Positions 37,117 through 46,232 of a DNA stretch of 64,000 nucleotides are shown here, piece after piece. A program made the translations under genes and the position numbers. Numbering within the stretch: position 1 is the stretch's first letter; every line of letters begins with the position of its first letter. The notes beneath the pieces are model-generated. The model saw nothing but the letters and a program-made list of their open reading frames with translations, was not told the DNA's origin and made no database searches. This DNA comes from Cyanophyceae cyanobacterium (GTDB taxonomy: Bacteria > Cyanobacteriota > Cyanobacteriia > Cyanobacteriales > JBHJGN01): contig JBHJGN010000019.1 in the NCBI GenBank assembly GCA_050331735.1, forward strand, positions 1-64,000. Reading direction: 5' to 3'.

Positions 37117-37328
37117 TCCGGTGCGGGACGGGGAAATCGTTCCTGTCGGAACGGGGAAAGGGGAAAGGGAAATTAGTCCGGTGCGGGACGGGGCAAGAAT
37201 ATGGGTCTAGAGAACAAACTGATTCATTCTCCCCTTACCCTTTGCCCTTTTCCCCAGCAGCTTCGCTGCTTTGCCCTGCGCCGGTGGCGCTTTCCCTTTT
37301 CCCGTTGCGCAGCAACTTTCCCCTTCCG
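37111..37328 (+). repeat. Modular STRR/mini-hairpin intergenic repeat, copy A
   Basis: GGGGAAA-type left arm, TTTCCCC-type right arm, embedded 5-bp hairpins; 23-mer AATTAGTCCGGTGCGGGACGGGG at 37111 and 37171; core AAACTGATTCATT shared with copy B. Confidence 0.8.
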
Positions 37329-37348
37329 TATAGCCCTGAAAATGAACA

Positions 37349-37882
37349 ATGGTTTTACTGCGCCTGTCACGAATTATTGATACCGTCAACGAATGGCTCG
37401 GTCGCCTCCTCTGTTGGCTGGTTCTGTTCATGGTTCTGGTCGGAGCCTGGAACGTTGTTGGGCGCTATCTAGGGCGCTTTCTAGGACGCAATCTGACATC
37501 GAACGGCCTGATTGAGCTGCAGTGGTACTTATTTGCTCTGGTGTTTCTACTGGGGGCGGCCTATACTCTAAAGCACAACGAACACGTCCGGGTTGATATT
37601 TTTTATAAAGGATGGAGCCGCAAGCGTAAAGCCTTGGCAAACCTTATCGGGACGCTGCTGTTTCTCATTCCCTTCTCTGTCTTGGTAATTTATTTCTCTT
37701 GGGAAACCGTCGCTAACTCCTGGAGACTGTTAGAGGTTTCTCCCGATCCAGATGGTCTGCCACGTTACCCGATAAAATCGGCAATGATTGTGAGCTTCGT
37801 CTTGCTTATTTTGCAGGGTCTGTCCGAGGCAATCAAAAGCTGGGCAATTTTAAGAGAGTCGCAGGAGGAACACCACCCGTGA
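37349..37882 (+). CDS. TRAP transporter small permease (DctQ)
   Basis: ELQWYLF, HVRVDIFY, SPDPDGLPRYPIK. Confidence 0.9.
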   Translation: MVLLRLSRIIDTVNEWLGRLLCWLVLFMVLVGAWNVVGRYLGRFLGRNLTSNGLIELQWYLFALVFLLGAAYTLKHNEHVRVDIFYKGWSRKRKALANLIGTLLFLIPFSVLVIYFSWETVANSWRLLEVSPDPDGLPRYPIKSAMIVSFVLLILQGLSEAIKSWAILRESQEEHHP

Positions 37883-39210
37883 TTGATTGGTTAGGTCCGG
37901 GGATGTTTGCCGGGGCCTTGGTCATGCTGTCTGTAGGCTATCCGGTGGCGTTTTCTCTTGGGGGAGTCGCGATTGTCTTTGGGGTGCTTGGTACGACATT
38001 CGGTGTTTTCGATCCGATTTTTCTAACCGCAATGCCGGGGCGGATCTTCGGCATTATGTCCAACTATACGCTGTTGGCAATTCCCTATTTTATTTTTCTG
38101 GGCTCGATGCTGGAAAAAACCGGTATTGCCGAGAGACTGCTCGAAACAATGGGGATTCTCTTTGGTCGGGTCCGTGGAGGCTTAGCGCTGGCGGTGGTGA
38201 TTGTGGGAGCTTTACTGGCGGCTTCAACGGGCGTGGTGGCGGCGACGGTAGTGGCGATGGGATTAATTTCTCTGCCGATTATGCTGCGCTATGGCTACAG
38301 TAAAGAACTAGCGGCGGGCGTCATTGTGGCTTCGGGAACTTTAGGGCAGATTATTCCGCCTAGCGTTGTGTTAGTGGTGCTAGGCGATCAGTTAGGCATT
38401 TCGGTGGGAGATTTGTTTATTGGGTCGCTGATTCCGGGTTTGTTAATGGCTGGAGCCTTTGCCGTTCACGTCCTGATTGTCTCGTATCTTAAACCTGAAG
38501 TCGCTCCGGCACTGCCAATAGAGGTACGCAAAATTGGTGGAAAAGATCTGGTGCAGAGGGTCTTGGCTGTCATGATTCCGCCGCTGCTGTTGATCTTGCT
38601 GGTGTTGGGCAGCATCTTTTTTGGCATTGCTACACCGACAGAAGCAGGGGCGGTGGGGTCTTTAGGAGCGATCGCGTTAGCGGCGCTCAGCGGCCAGTTG
38701 AGCTGGAGTGCGCTCAAACAAGTCTGCGATGCCACCCTAAAAATTACCACGATGGTCGTTTTTATTCTGATTGGTTCCACCGCGTTTAGTCTAGTGTTTC
38801 GCGGGTTGAACGGCGATCGCTTGATGTTCGATCTCCTGGCGAACTTACCGGGAGGTCAGACGGGCTTTCTGCTGGTGAACATGCTAGTCATTTTCATCCT
38901 CGGCTTCTTTATCGATTTTTTTGAAATTGCATTTATTGTCATTCCTATCTTCGCTCCGGTTGCTGAAGCCCTCGGACTGGATTTAGTCTGGTACGGAGTG
39001 ATCCTCGGAGCAAATCTGCAAACCTCTTTTCTAACCCCTCCTTTCGGCTTTGCTCTATTTTATCTGCGCGGAGTCGCCCCCCCTGAAGTCAGCACCGAAG
39101 ACATTTATCGAGGCGCAATTCCATTTATACTGCTCCAGTTATTGATTCTCGCGCTCATTATTGCTTTCCCCAGCATTGTCAGCTTCCTGCCGTCTTTAAG
39201 CCTACAATAG
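37879..39210 (+). CDS. TRAP transporter large permease (DctM)
   Basis: LLAIPYFIF, SGTLGQIIPPS, ATPTEAG, FLTPPFG. Confidence 0.93.
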   Translation: MIDWLGPGMFAGALVMLSVGYPVAFSLGGVAIVFGVLGTTFGVFDPIFLTAMPGRIFGIMSNYTLLAIPYFIFLGSMLEKTGIAERLLETMGILFGRVRGGLALAVVIVGALLAASTGVVAATVVAMGLISLPIMLRYGYSKELAAGVIVASGTLGQIIPPSVVLVVLGDQLGISVGDLFIGSLIPGLLMAGAFAVHVLIVSYLKPEVAPALPIEVRKIGGKDLVQRVLAVMIPPLLLILLVLGSIFFGIATPTEAGAVGSLGAIALAALSGQLSWSALKQVCDATLKITTMVVFILIGSTAFSLVFRGLNGDRLMFDLLANLPGGQTGFLLVNMLVIFILGFFIDFFEIAFIVIPIFAPVAEALGLDLVWYGVILGANLQTSFLTPPFGFALFYLRGVAPPEVSTEDIYRGAIPFILLQLLILALIIAFPSIVSFLPSLSLQ

Positions 39211-39211
39211 C

Positions 39212-39425
39212 GAAAGCGCCGCAGGCGCGGGGCAAGCAGCGAAGCTGCTTGGGGAACAGGAAGCCGCTGACGCAGCGGGAAAAGGGGAAAAAGTTGCTCC
39301 GCAACGGGTAAGGGGGAAGGGAATAATGAATCAGTTTATGCCTTAGTTCTGTGGTCTTTGCCCGTCCCGGAGGGACAAATTTCCCTTTTCCCTTCTCCCG
39401 TCGCCCAGCGACTTCCCCTTTTCGG
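39212..39425 (-). repeat. Modular STRR/mini-hairpin intergenic repeat, copy B (inverted)
   Basis: Reverse-complement core GGGCAAAGACCACAGAACTAAGGCATAAACTGATT matches the copy C core GGGCAATGACTACAGAACTAAGGCACAAACTTAATT. Confidence 0.82.
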
Positions 39426-39436
39426 ACTCTCTAGAA

Positions 39437-40111
39437 ATGATTCATCGACTACCACCGATTCGTAACGTCAAGCTGCTCAATCAGGCTCTTACTCATCGCT
39501 CTTACGTCAATGAACATGCAGAAGCAGAGGCAGACAATGAACGCTTAGAATTTCTAGGGGATGCTGTCCTAGGCTTTATCGTTGGCGAACTGCTTTTTCG
39601 GCGCTATCCTCAGATGAACGAAGCTGAATTAACTCGGCTGCGCTCTAAACTAGTGGATGAGAAACAGTTGAGTCAGTTAGCTCAAGATTTGGGTCTAGGG
39701 GAGAAGATCCGATTAGGAAAAGGGGCGCAACGGGACGGGGCCAGGGAAAGCTCGGCATTGCTCAGTGATACCTTTGAGGCAATTATTGGAGCCTATTTCT
39801 TAGAATCTGGCGTTGAAGCCGTTCGCAACTATATAGAGCTTCTCTATCAATCGGTGGATTATTTTCAGGCAGATGGGTCAGTAAAATCCCTCATTGACTT
39901 CAAAAATCGGTTTCAGCAGTGGGCTTTGGCAAATGTGGGAGAAAATCCTTGCTATAGGATTATTAATGAATCTGGACCAGACCATGCTAAAGAGTTTACA
40001 GCGCAAGTATGCGTTCAGGGAGTTGTTTATGGGGTGGGTCAGGGTCGCCGCAAACAAGAAGCTCAAAAGCAAGCAGCAGAGGAAGCGTTGAAGCGGTTGG
40101 GGCTAGAGTAG
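39437..40111 (+). CDS. rnc: Ribonuclease III
   Basis: ALTHRS, NERLEFLGDA, DTFEAIIGA, dsRBD GPDHAKEF. Confidence 0.94.
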   Translation: MIHRLPPIRNVKLLNQALTHRSYVNEHAEAEADNERLEFLGDAVLGFIVGELLFRRYPQMNEAELTRLRSKLVDEKQLSQLAQDLGLGEKIRLGKGAQRDGARESSALLSDTFEAIIGAYFLESGVEAVRNYIELLYQSVDYFQADGSVKSLIDFKNRFQQWALANVGENPCYRIINESGPDHAKEFTAQVCVQGVVYGVGQGRRKQEAQKQAAEEALKRLGLE

Positions 40112-40278
40112 GCGGGGCCCATGAGTAGCACCTCCAACAGAACTGAAAATAAGAAAAGGCTAATCGTTTCCCTATTAGAGAGGGGTCTTCTCTAGATTTT
40201 GCCCAAAGCCGAGTCAATGTCAATCTTTCAACCCTGGTGGGGAACAATAAGCTTAATTATTTTCTGCTGCGATCGACG

Positions 40279-43026
40279 ATGGTTTTCAAAATTCCTGCCA
40301 GTCATAGTTTGAACCGGGCTCTTGTCAACAAACTTCCTTTGCGTCTTGTGCTCGTGCTGCCCTTCGTTGTACAGACCTTTGCTGCTGTTGGATTAGTCGG
40401 ATATCTATCGTTCAAGAATGGGCAGAAAGCCGTGAGCAATTTAACAAGTCAGTTGCGGAGCGAAGTGACTGCCCGTATCGAGCAACATCTTGAAGCTTAC
40501 ATGGCAACGCCACTCTTGGTCAATGCCATCAATGCCAGTGCTATCGAACAGGGTCTTTTAGATTTAGAAGATCCAACCAGCCTAGAACAGTACTTCTGGC
40601 AGCAGAGTCAAATCTTCGATAACGTAGCCACGATTGCCTTCTCTAACGACCAAGGCGAGTTTTTTGGAGCCAATGGGCTCGATGAATACGTCGTCATCGC
40701 TGACGAAACTACGGAGCGAGCGATTAGTTGGTATGAAGTCGATGCTCAAGGCAAGCGGACCAATTTAGTCCTTGAAAAACCAGATTACGACGCTCGCCAA
40801 CGCTCTTGGTATCAAGCGGCGCTTGAAGCCGGAAAACCAACCTGGACAGAGGCAGTCGCGTCAGTGAGCGGTCGCAATATTGCTGTTACTGCTGTCTACC
40901 CAATCTATGAGGACACCTTCCGGGGAGTGCTTCTTTGCAAACATATCCTCATGTATATTGGAGATTTTCTCGACAGCTTGAAAATTGGTCAAACAGGACA
41001 GGCTTTTATCGTGGAACGCTCTGGAGAACTGATTTCTAGTTCAACAACTAGCGAGCCTTTTACGATTAGCAATGATGAGGCCCAAAGAATTTTCGCTCTT
41101 CAAAGCTACGATGCTGTCACTCAGGCAGCATCAGAACATTTGATTTCTCAGTTTGGCAGCTTCGAGCAAATTAACGAAACCCACCAGATTTCTTTTCGCT
41201 TAGAGGGTCAGCAACACCTGCTTCAGGTGACCCCGTTTACCGATGACTTTGGGTTAGATTGGCTGGTCGTAGTGGTAGTTCCCGAAGCGGATTTTATGGA
41301 GCAAATCAACGCCAATACCCGCACTACCATCACGCTATGTTTGGCTGCCCTATGTTTGGCGATTTTTCTGGGTCTTTATACCTCCCGCTGGATTGCACAA
41401 CCGATTCGGCAATTAGGCGCGGCTTCAGAAGCGATCGCTACAGGCAACCTCGATCAACAAGTGAGAATTCAAGGCACGAATGAACTGCAAGTGTTGGCAG
41501 TTTCTTTTAACCGCATGGCGCAGCAGTTGCGAGATTCCTTCACCGCTCTCCGCTCAATCAACGAAGAACTCGAACACCGCGTTGAGGAACGAACTGCCGA
41601 ACTCCGACATGCCAAAGAAGCGGCGGATGCTGCCAACCGAGCCAAAAGCGAATTTTTAGCCAACATGAGTCACGAGCTGCGTACTCCCTTCAACGGCATT
41701 CTCGGCTATGCTCAAATCCTCCAGAGTTCTCTGCCTATGAAAGCAAAAGAGCGCCAGGGAGTCAAAATTATTTATCAGTGCGGCTCTCATCTCCTTAACC
41801 TAATCAATGATATTTTGGATCTTTCTAAAATCGAGGCGCAAAGAATGGAGCTGTATCCCAGCCACCTCAATGCGCTCAACTTTCTCGAAGGAGTCAGCGA
41901 AATCTGCCGCATTCGGGCAGAGCAGCAGGGCATTGCTTTCGTTTATCAACCGGATGCGGAGCTGCCAACCGCCATTGTTGCCGATGAAAAACGCCTGCGG
42001 CAGGTGTTAATTAATCTGCTGGGCAATGCTATTAAGTTTACGGAGCAAGGCAGCGTCACCTTTAAAATTCGGCTTCTAAAACAGAATAATGATACCCAAG
42101 CCGAGTATCCTCTTGTCACCCTGCGCTTTGAAGTGGAAGATACCGGAGTTGGCATGACTTCTGCTCAGATAGAAAAGATCTTTTTGCCGTTTGAGCAGGT
42201 GGGAGACCCGCAAAAGCGTACTGAAGGAACCGGACTCGGATTAGCCATTAGCCTCAAAATTGTTTCGTTAATGAATAGCACTCTGGAAGTACAAAGTCAG
42301 CTCGGACGAGGAAGTAAATTCTGGTTCGACGTTGATCTACCGACAGCAGCGCCAGTCGCCTCTGTCGGTCAATCTCAGTTCGGAAAAATTATCGGACATG
42401 AGGGCAGGCAGCGGCAGATTTTGGTTGTGGATGACCACTGGGAAAACCGCTCGGTTCTGTTGAACTTGCTCGAACCGCTTGGGTTTAAGGTCATTGAAGC
42501 CAGTAGCGGGGAAGAGGGGCTAGAGCGGGCGATCGCCACACCTCCTGATGCGATTATTACCGATCTAGTGATGCCCAAGATGGGTGGGATTGAAATGATT
42601 CGGCAGATTCGCCGGGTTCCTCACCTACACAAGATCACGATTATCACCTCGTCGGCGAGCGTGTTCGATAGCGACCAGTACAGCAGTTTGGACGCTGGAG
42701 CCGATGAGTTTTTGCCAAAGCCAGTGTCGGCACAGAATTTACTGGAGATGTTACGAGTTCATCTCAAGCTTCAGTGGCTCTACGCAGAGGCGGCAGCGGA
42801 GCCAGCTAAGGCAGCTTCCCTAGGCCAAGCGCTCGTGCCTCCCAATGCTAACATCTTGAAGAAGTTACTCAATTTAGCAAAAAAAGGCGACCTAGACAGC
42901 ATCTTAGAAGAGACAGACCAGCTCAGCTCTGACGTTAAGCTCAAGCCTTTTGCTCAAGTGCTTTCTCAGTTTGCTGAAAATTGTCAAATCAAACAACTGC
43001 GGGAGTTTCTAGAAAACTATACCTAG
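40279..43026 (+). CDS. Hybrid sensor histidine kinase (Cache-like, HAMP, HisKA, HATPase, REC)
   Basis: Two TM segments, [35 protein letters not shown]; start uncertain. Confidence 0.92.
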   Translation: MVFKIPASHSLNRALVNKLPLRLVLVLPFVVQTFAAVGLVGYLSFKNGQKAVSNLTSQLRSEVTARIEQHLEAYMATPLLVNAINASAIEQGLLDLEDPTSLEQYFWQQSQIFDNVATIAFSNDQGEFFGANGLDEYVVIADETTERAISWYEVDAQGKRTNLVLEKPDYDARQRSWYQAALEAGKPTWTEAVASVSGRNIAVTAVYPIYEDTFRGVLLCKHILMYIGDFLDSLKIGQTGQAFIVERSGELISSSTTSEPFTISNDEAQRIFALQSYDAVTQAASEHLISQFGSFEQINETHQISFRLEGQQHLLQVTPFTDDFGLDWLVVVVVPEADFMEQINANTRTTITLCLAALCLAIFLGLYTSRWIAQPIRQLGAASEAIATGNLDQQVRIQGTNELQVLAVSFNRMAQQLRDSFTALRSINEELEHRVEERTAELRHAKEAADAANRAKSEFLANMSHELRTPFNGILGYAQILQSSLPMKAKERQGVKIIYQCGSHLLNLINDILDLSKIEAQRMELYPSHLNALNFLEGVSEICRIRAEQQGIAFVYQPDAELPTAIVADEKRLRQVLINLLGNAIKFTEQGSVTFKIRLLKQNNDTQAEYPLVTLRFEVEDTGVGMTSAQIEKIFLPFEQVGDPQKRTEGTGLGLAISLKIVSLMNSTLEVQSQLGRGSKFWFDVDLPTAAPVASVGQSQFGKIIGHEGRQRQILVVDDHWENRSVLLNLLEPLGFKVIEASSGEEGLERAIATPPDAIITDLVMPKMGGIEMIRQIRRVPHLHKITIITSSASVFDSDQYSSLDAGADEFLPKPVSAQNLLEMLRVHLKLQWLYAEAAAEPAKAASLGQALVPPNANILKKLLNLAKKGDLDSILEETDQLSSDVKLKPFAQVLSQFAENCQIKQLREFLENYT

Positions 43027-43133
43027 CAGTTCTCAGTGGGATGAGGGACGGTTTGACAATTTAATTTTTGCTGATTGTTCCTTGCGGTGTCTCTACAAGA
43101 TCTATCATCTGCTAAACAACTCGCTACCCTGCT

Positions 43134-43538
43134 TTATGGATCAATGCGAATCTCTATGCTTCCGGGAGTTGCGTAGCGAACGTATCTTTTGCGGGTATAC
43201 CGCCGCTGACGCGAGGGAGTGATAAATACTGGATTAATCAGGACTGAATCGCGGATTTGAGAGTTGATAACCGTTGGATTAACCAGAGTGGAGTGACGAA
43301 TCGTGCTGCCGTATCTTCTCGCTGGGGAATAGATGTCGGACCCAAAGCGAGAGTCGTAGGAGCGCAGGACTTGTCTAGACCGAAGCGGCCTGTGGGTAAT
43401 CCTGGGGCCTTGGTAAGGAACGGGACCGCGATAGAAGCTGCTGCCATAGATAGGTCGGGCTTCAACCGATGGCGCGACAACAGCGAAACCAACGGTGAGT
43501 GAGGCAACAACCCCGCGCCAAAGTAGCTGGTTGTACAT
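43134..43538 (-). CDS. Hypothetical secreted Arg-rich protein
   Basis: Signal-peptide-like N-terminus; repeated STLVNP/SVLINP motif. Confidence 0.6.
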   Translation of the reverse strand: MYNQLLWRGVVASLTVGFAVVAPSVEARPIYGSSFYRGPVPYQGPRITHRPLRSRQVLRSYDSRFGSDIYSPARRYGSTIRHSTLVNPTVINSQIRDSVLINPVFITPSRQRRYTRKRYVRYATPGSIEIRIDP

Positions 43539-43580
43539 TGTTTGCTAATGATAAAATCTATATGCACTCTAGCGATTATT

Positions 43581-44090
43581 GTGACGATCCAGCAAGAATT
43601 CCACCAGCTATACCGAGCAGGAAAACAGGCTTTAGAACGAGGTCAGTATCGCCAGAGCGTCGAGCAGCTTCAGGCCGCCAGCAAGCTTGTCGCTCCCGCT
43701 TCTCGCCTAGGGGGAGAAGTCAATATTTGGCTAGTTTCAGCCTATCAGGCCTTGGGACAACCACAAGCGGCGATCGCTCTTTGTCAGAAGCTATCGGCTC
43801 ATCCGTCTCCAGAAGTTCGTAAGCAAAGCCAGCGCTTGCTCTATATTATTCAAGCCCCTCAGCTCAATCGACCGAAGGAGTGGATGTCTGAAATTCCCGA
43901 CCTCAGCGCCCTCGAAGAAAGCCAGCCCCAAGACAGGCGCGGTAGCAATACCGTCCGGCGAAAGACGACGGCCACTTTAGAAGAAACTTCCCTCGACCTC
44001 AGCCAGAGAGAAACCAACGACAATCAGTTTATCTGGGTGGCTCTCCTCATTTTACTTTTGGGGTTAGGAGGATTTGTTTGGCTTAGTTAA
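43581..44090 (+). CDS. TPR-like protein with C-terminal TM anchor
   Basis: GKQALERGQYRQS, WLVSAYQA, APQLNRPKEW; start uncertain (GTG 43581). Confidence 0.75.
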   Translation: MTIQQEFHQLYRAGKQALERGQYRQSVEQLQAASKLVAPASRLGGEVNIWLVSAYQALGQPQAAIALCQKLSAHPSPEVRKQSQRLLYIIQAPQLNRPKEWMSEIPDLSALEESQPQDRRGSNTVRRKTTATLEETSLDLSQRETNDNQFIWVALLILLLGLGGFVWLS

Positions 44091-44092
44091 TA

Positions 44093-44321
44093 TCCGGTGC
44101 GGGACGGGGAAATAGTCCCTCCGGGACGGGAAAAGGGAAAACTGTTCCTTCTCCTTCGGAGACGCTAACGCGAACGGAACGGGGAAAGGGAAAACTGTCC
44201 CTTCGGAACGGGCAATGACTACAGAACTAAGGCACAAACTTAATTACTCCCCTTTGCCCCTTCCCCGTTGCGGAGCAACTATTTCCCCTTTTCCCGCCGC
44301 GACAGCGGCTTCCCTTACCCC
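44093..44321 (+). repeat. Modular STRR/mini-hairpin intergenic repeat, copy C, with nested 24-nt element
   Basis: Shares TCCGGTGCGGGACGGGGAAAT with copy A, and the core and GTTGCGGAGCAAC with copy B. Confidence 0.82.
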
Positions 44322-44355
44322 CATTCTTTTAATCTGAATCTTCAGCTACGGAATG

Positions 44356-44847
44356 TTATGGGCAATAAAGCGTGTCCCGTGTTTTTCGTCCCGTCGTCGG
44401 ATTTATCCCGGTGGCAATTTTACAGAGCGCTGCTTCAGTATCTCGACGCAGCAGCACGTCTGTAAAGTCAGCTCCGTCTATCGTTGCTCCTTCAAACTTA
44501 GCACTCGTGGCGAAGGCTCCTTCGAGGACGGCATTGGTTAGGTTGGCACGAGTCAACCGAGCTGAGTCGAGAATGGCATAGCTTAGGTTGGCTCCTGACA
44601 GATTAGTGGATTCTAGATTAGCGGCAAAAAACCGTACTCCCTGAAGGTTAGCATTACTGAAGTTGCTATCTCGCAGATTGGCTTTATCGAAGCTAGAATC
44701 TGTCAAATTCTGTCCGGAGAAATCTTGGCCAATAAGAATGCGTTTATCGTAGTCAATGGCCCATGCTGGGGTAGCTAACCAACAAACGGCAAGGCTAATA
44801 ACTAAGCTCCACGTCATCCATCGGCTCTTAAGTTTCCTAAAGGTCAT
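44356..44847 (-). CDS. Pentapeptide repeat protein
   Basis: A(N/D)Lxx repeats, GADFTD, C-terminal NPTTGRKTRDTLYC; signal peptide. Confidence 0.92.
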   Translation of the reverse strand: MTFRKLKSRWMTWSLVISLAVCWLATPAWAIDYDKRILIGQDFSGQNLTDSSFDKANLRDSNFSNANLQGVRFFAANLESTNLSGANLSYAILDSARLTRANLTNAVLEGAFATSAKFEGATIDGADFTDVLLRRDTEAALCKIATGINPTTGRKTRDTLYCP

Positions 44848-44952
44848 GGTTCACAAGCGATCGCACAACGGTTTATCTGTGACAGGTCTGCGGCTAGCTG
44901 TTACACTAGCCGTTATCTGCAATCTTACCAGGATCGAGTCTTAAGCTTTGAA

Positions 44953-45384
44953 ATGATCGGAGAAGTTGGAGAGCAGCTAGTGGCGCAGTGGCTTAAGGCT
45001 CAGGGATGGATGATTTTACAACGTCGTTGGCGCTGTCGCTGGGGAGAAATCGATCTCATTGCTCAAAAGGCTACCCAAATTGCCTTTGTTGAGGTGAAAA
45101 CTCGCAAGGCTCAAAATTTAGATGCTGACGGTCTTTTGGCTATTACTCCTCATAAGCAAGCGAAATTGCAGCGCACCGCCGCCCTATTCTTGGCCAAACA
45201 TGCTCGTTTAGCAGAGTTCTCCTGTCGGTTTGATGTCGCTTTGGTCACTTACCAACGGCTGCCGTTGCGCCAGCGGTCATCGGCAGCAAACACCACTCCA
45301 CCTAAAGCAATGTCGTGGCAGGATCGCCAGCTTACTCTCCAAAGCTATATAGAATCAGCCTTTGACGGAGAGGGTATTTCTTAA
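44953..45384 (+). CDS. YraN (UPF0102) family nuclease-like protein
   Basis: RCRWGEIDLIA, FVEVKTR, CRFDVA. Confidence 0.9.
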   Translation: MIGEVGEQLVAQWLKAQGWMILQRRWRCRWGEIDLIAQKATQIAFVEVKTRKAQNLDADGLLAITPHKQAKLQRTAALFLAKHARLAEFSCRFDVALVTYQRLPLRQRSSAANTTPPKAMSWQDRQLTLQSYIESAFDGEGIS

Positions 45385-45919
45385 GGGAGATGCGATGAAC
45401 CTTCCATTATGATATCAATTCTTTACGATACGATTACTCTGTTTTAGCATCAAAAACTCAATGCTCAACTATTTTTTCAATTCCCATCCCAGATCCAATC
45501 CTGAGCAAAACTCATAATCCTTCCGTGATAGAGACAGTCCATTGCAGAACTGATATTATCGTTCATTGAGCGGTTGTTGCCAATTCCGCTTAGCTCAATA
45601 CGGCGTTGAGATCGTACCGCTGGGGTTTAATGTTATGCCTAACATCACCGATCTGATTTTAAAAGTCTTTTACACAGCCACTGTTAAACTTTGTGCTCTT
45701 TGAAGATAAAACCTACGTTAATTTGTTTTTTGTCGATTTTGGTGGCTTGGAGAGCGGTTTTAATCTTTATTATTTCTATGCAATTTTAACGAATGGTTCT
45801 TGATTAATGTTGTGTTATTGTATTGTTTGCCAAATTAAGATGAGCCAGTTCAGGACTAAAACGGGCGAAGCTAATTTCTGGAACGGGCAGGAATCAGATT
45901 GAATTGATGTGCCGACTCT

Positions 45920-46186
45920 ATGAGTAAACTGTTGTTGAAGCTTTATGTCACTGGACAATCAAGCCGTTCTGGACAGGCAATTTCTAACCTTCATCGCATT
46001 TGTGAAGAAGAATTTCCGGATCAATACGAAATTATTGTTATTGACGTTCTTAAAGAACCTCAACTAGCAGAGGAAGACAAAGTTTTAGTGACTCCAACCT
46101 TAATTAAACAGCTTCCGCCACCATTAAAGCGACTAATTGGCGACCTGTCCGACAAGCAGAAGGTTTTGCTGGGTCTGAACATTTAA
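45920..46186 (+). CDS. kaiB: KaiB-family protein (KaiB3-like)
   Basis: LKLYVTG, IDVLKEPQLAEEDK, TPTLIK, PPP, IGDLSD. Confidence 0.92.
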   Translation: MSKLLLKLYVTGQSSRSGQAISNLHRICEEEFPDQYEIIVIDVLKEPQLAEEDKVLVTPTLIKQLPPPLKRLIGDLSDKQKVLLGLNI

Positions 46187-46232
46187 TCTCCCCTTACTGT
46201 CGATTTTTCTCTCCAAGCTCCATCATTGAAAT

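Noticed and set aside
37111..37193. 23-bp direct repeat with a 37-bp gap, resembling a mini-CRISPR
   Set aside because: Only two copies, the gap consists of the same STRR/hairpin modules, and there are no cas genes
45385..45919. Remnant of kaiA3 upstream of kaiB3
   Set aside because: No ORF of 60 aa or more in the track, and the short frames I translated showed no REC- or KaiA-like peptide; a TBLASTN would be needed to exclude it fully
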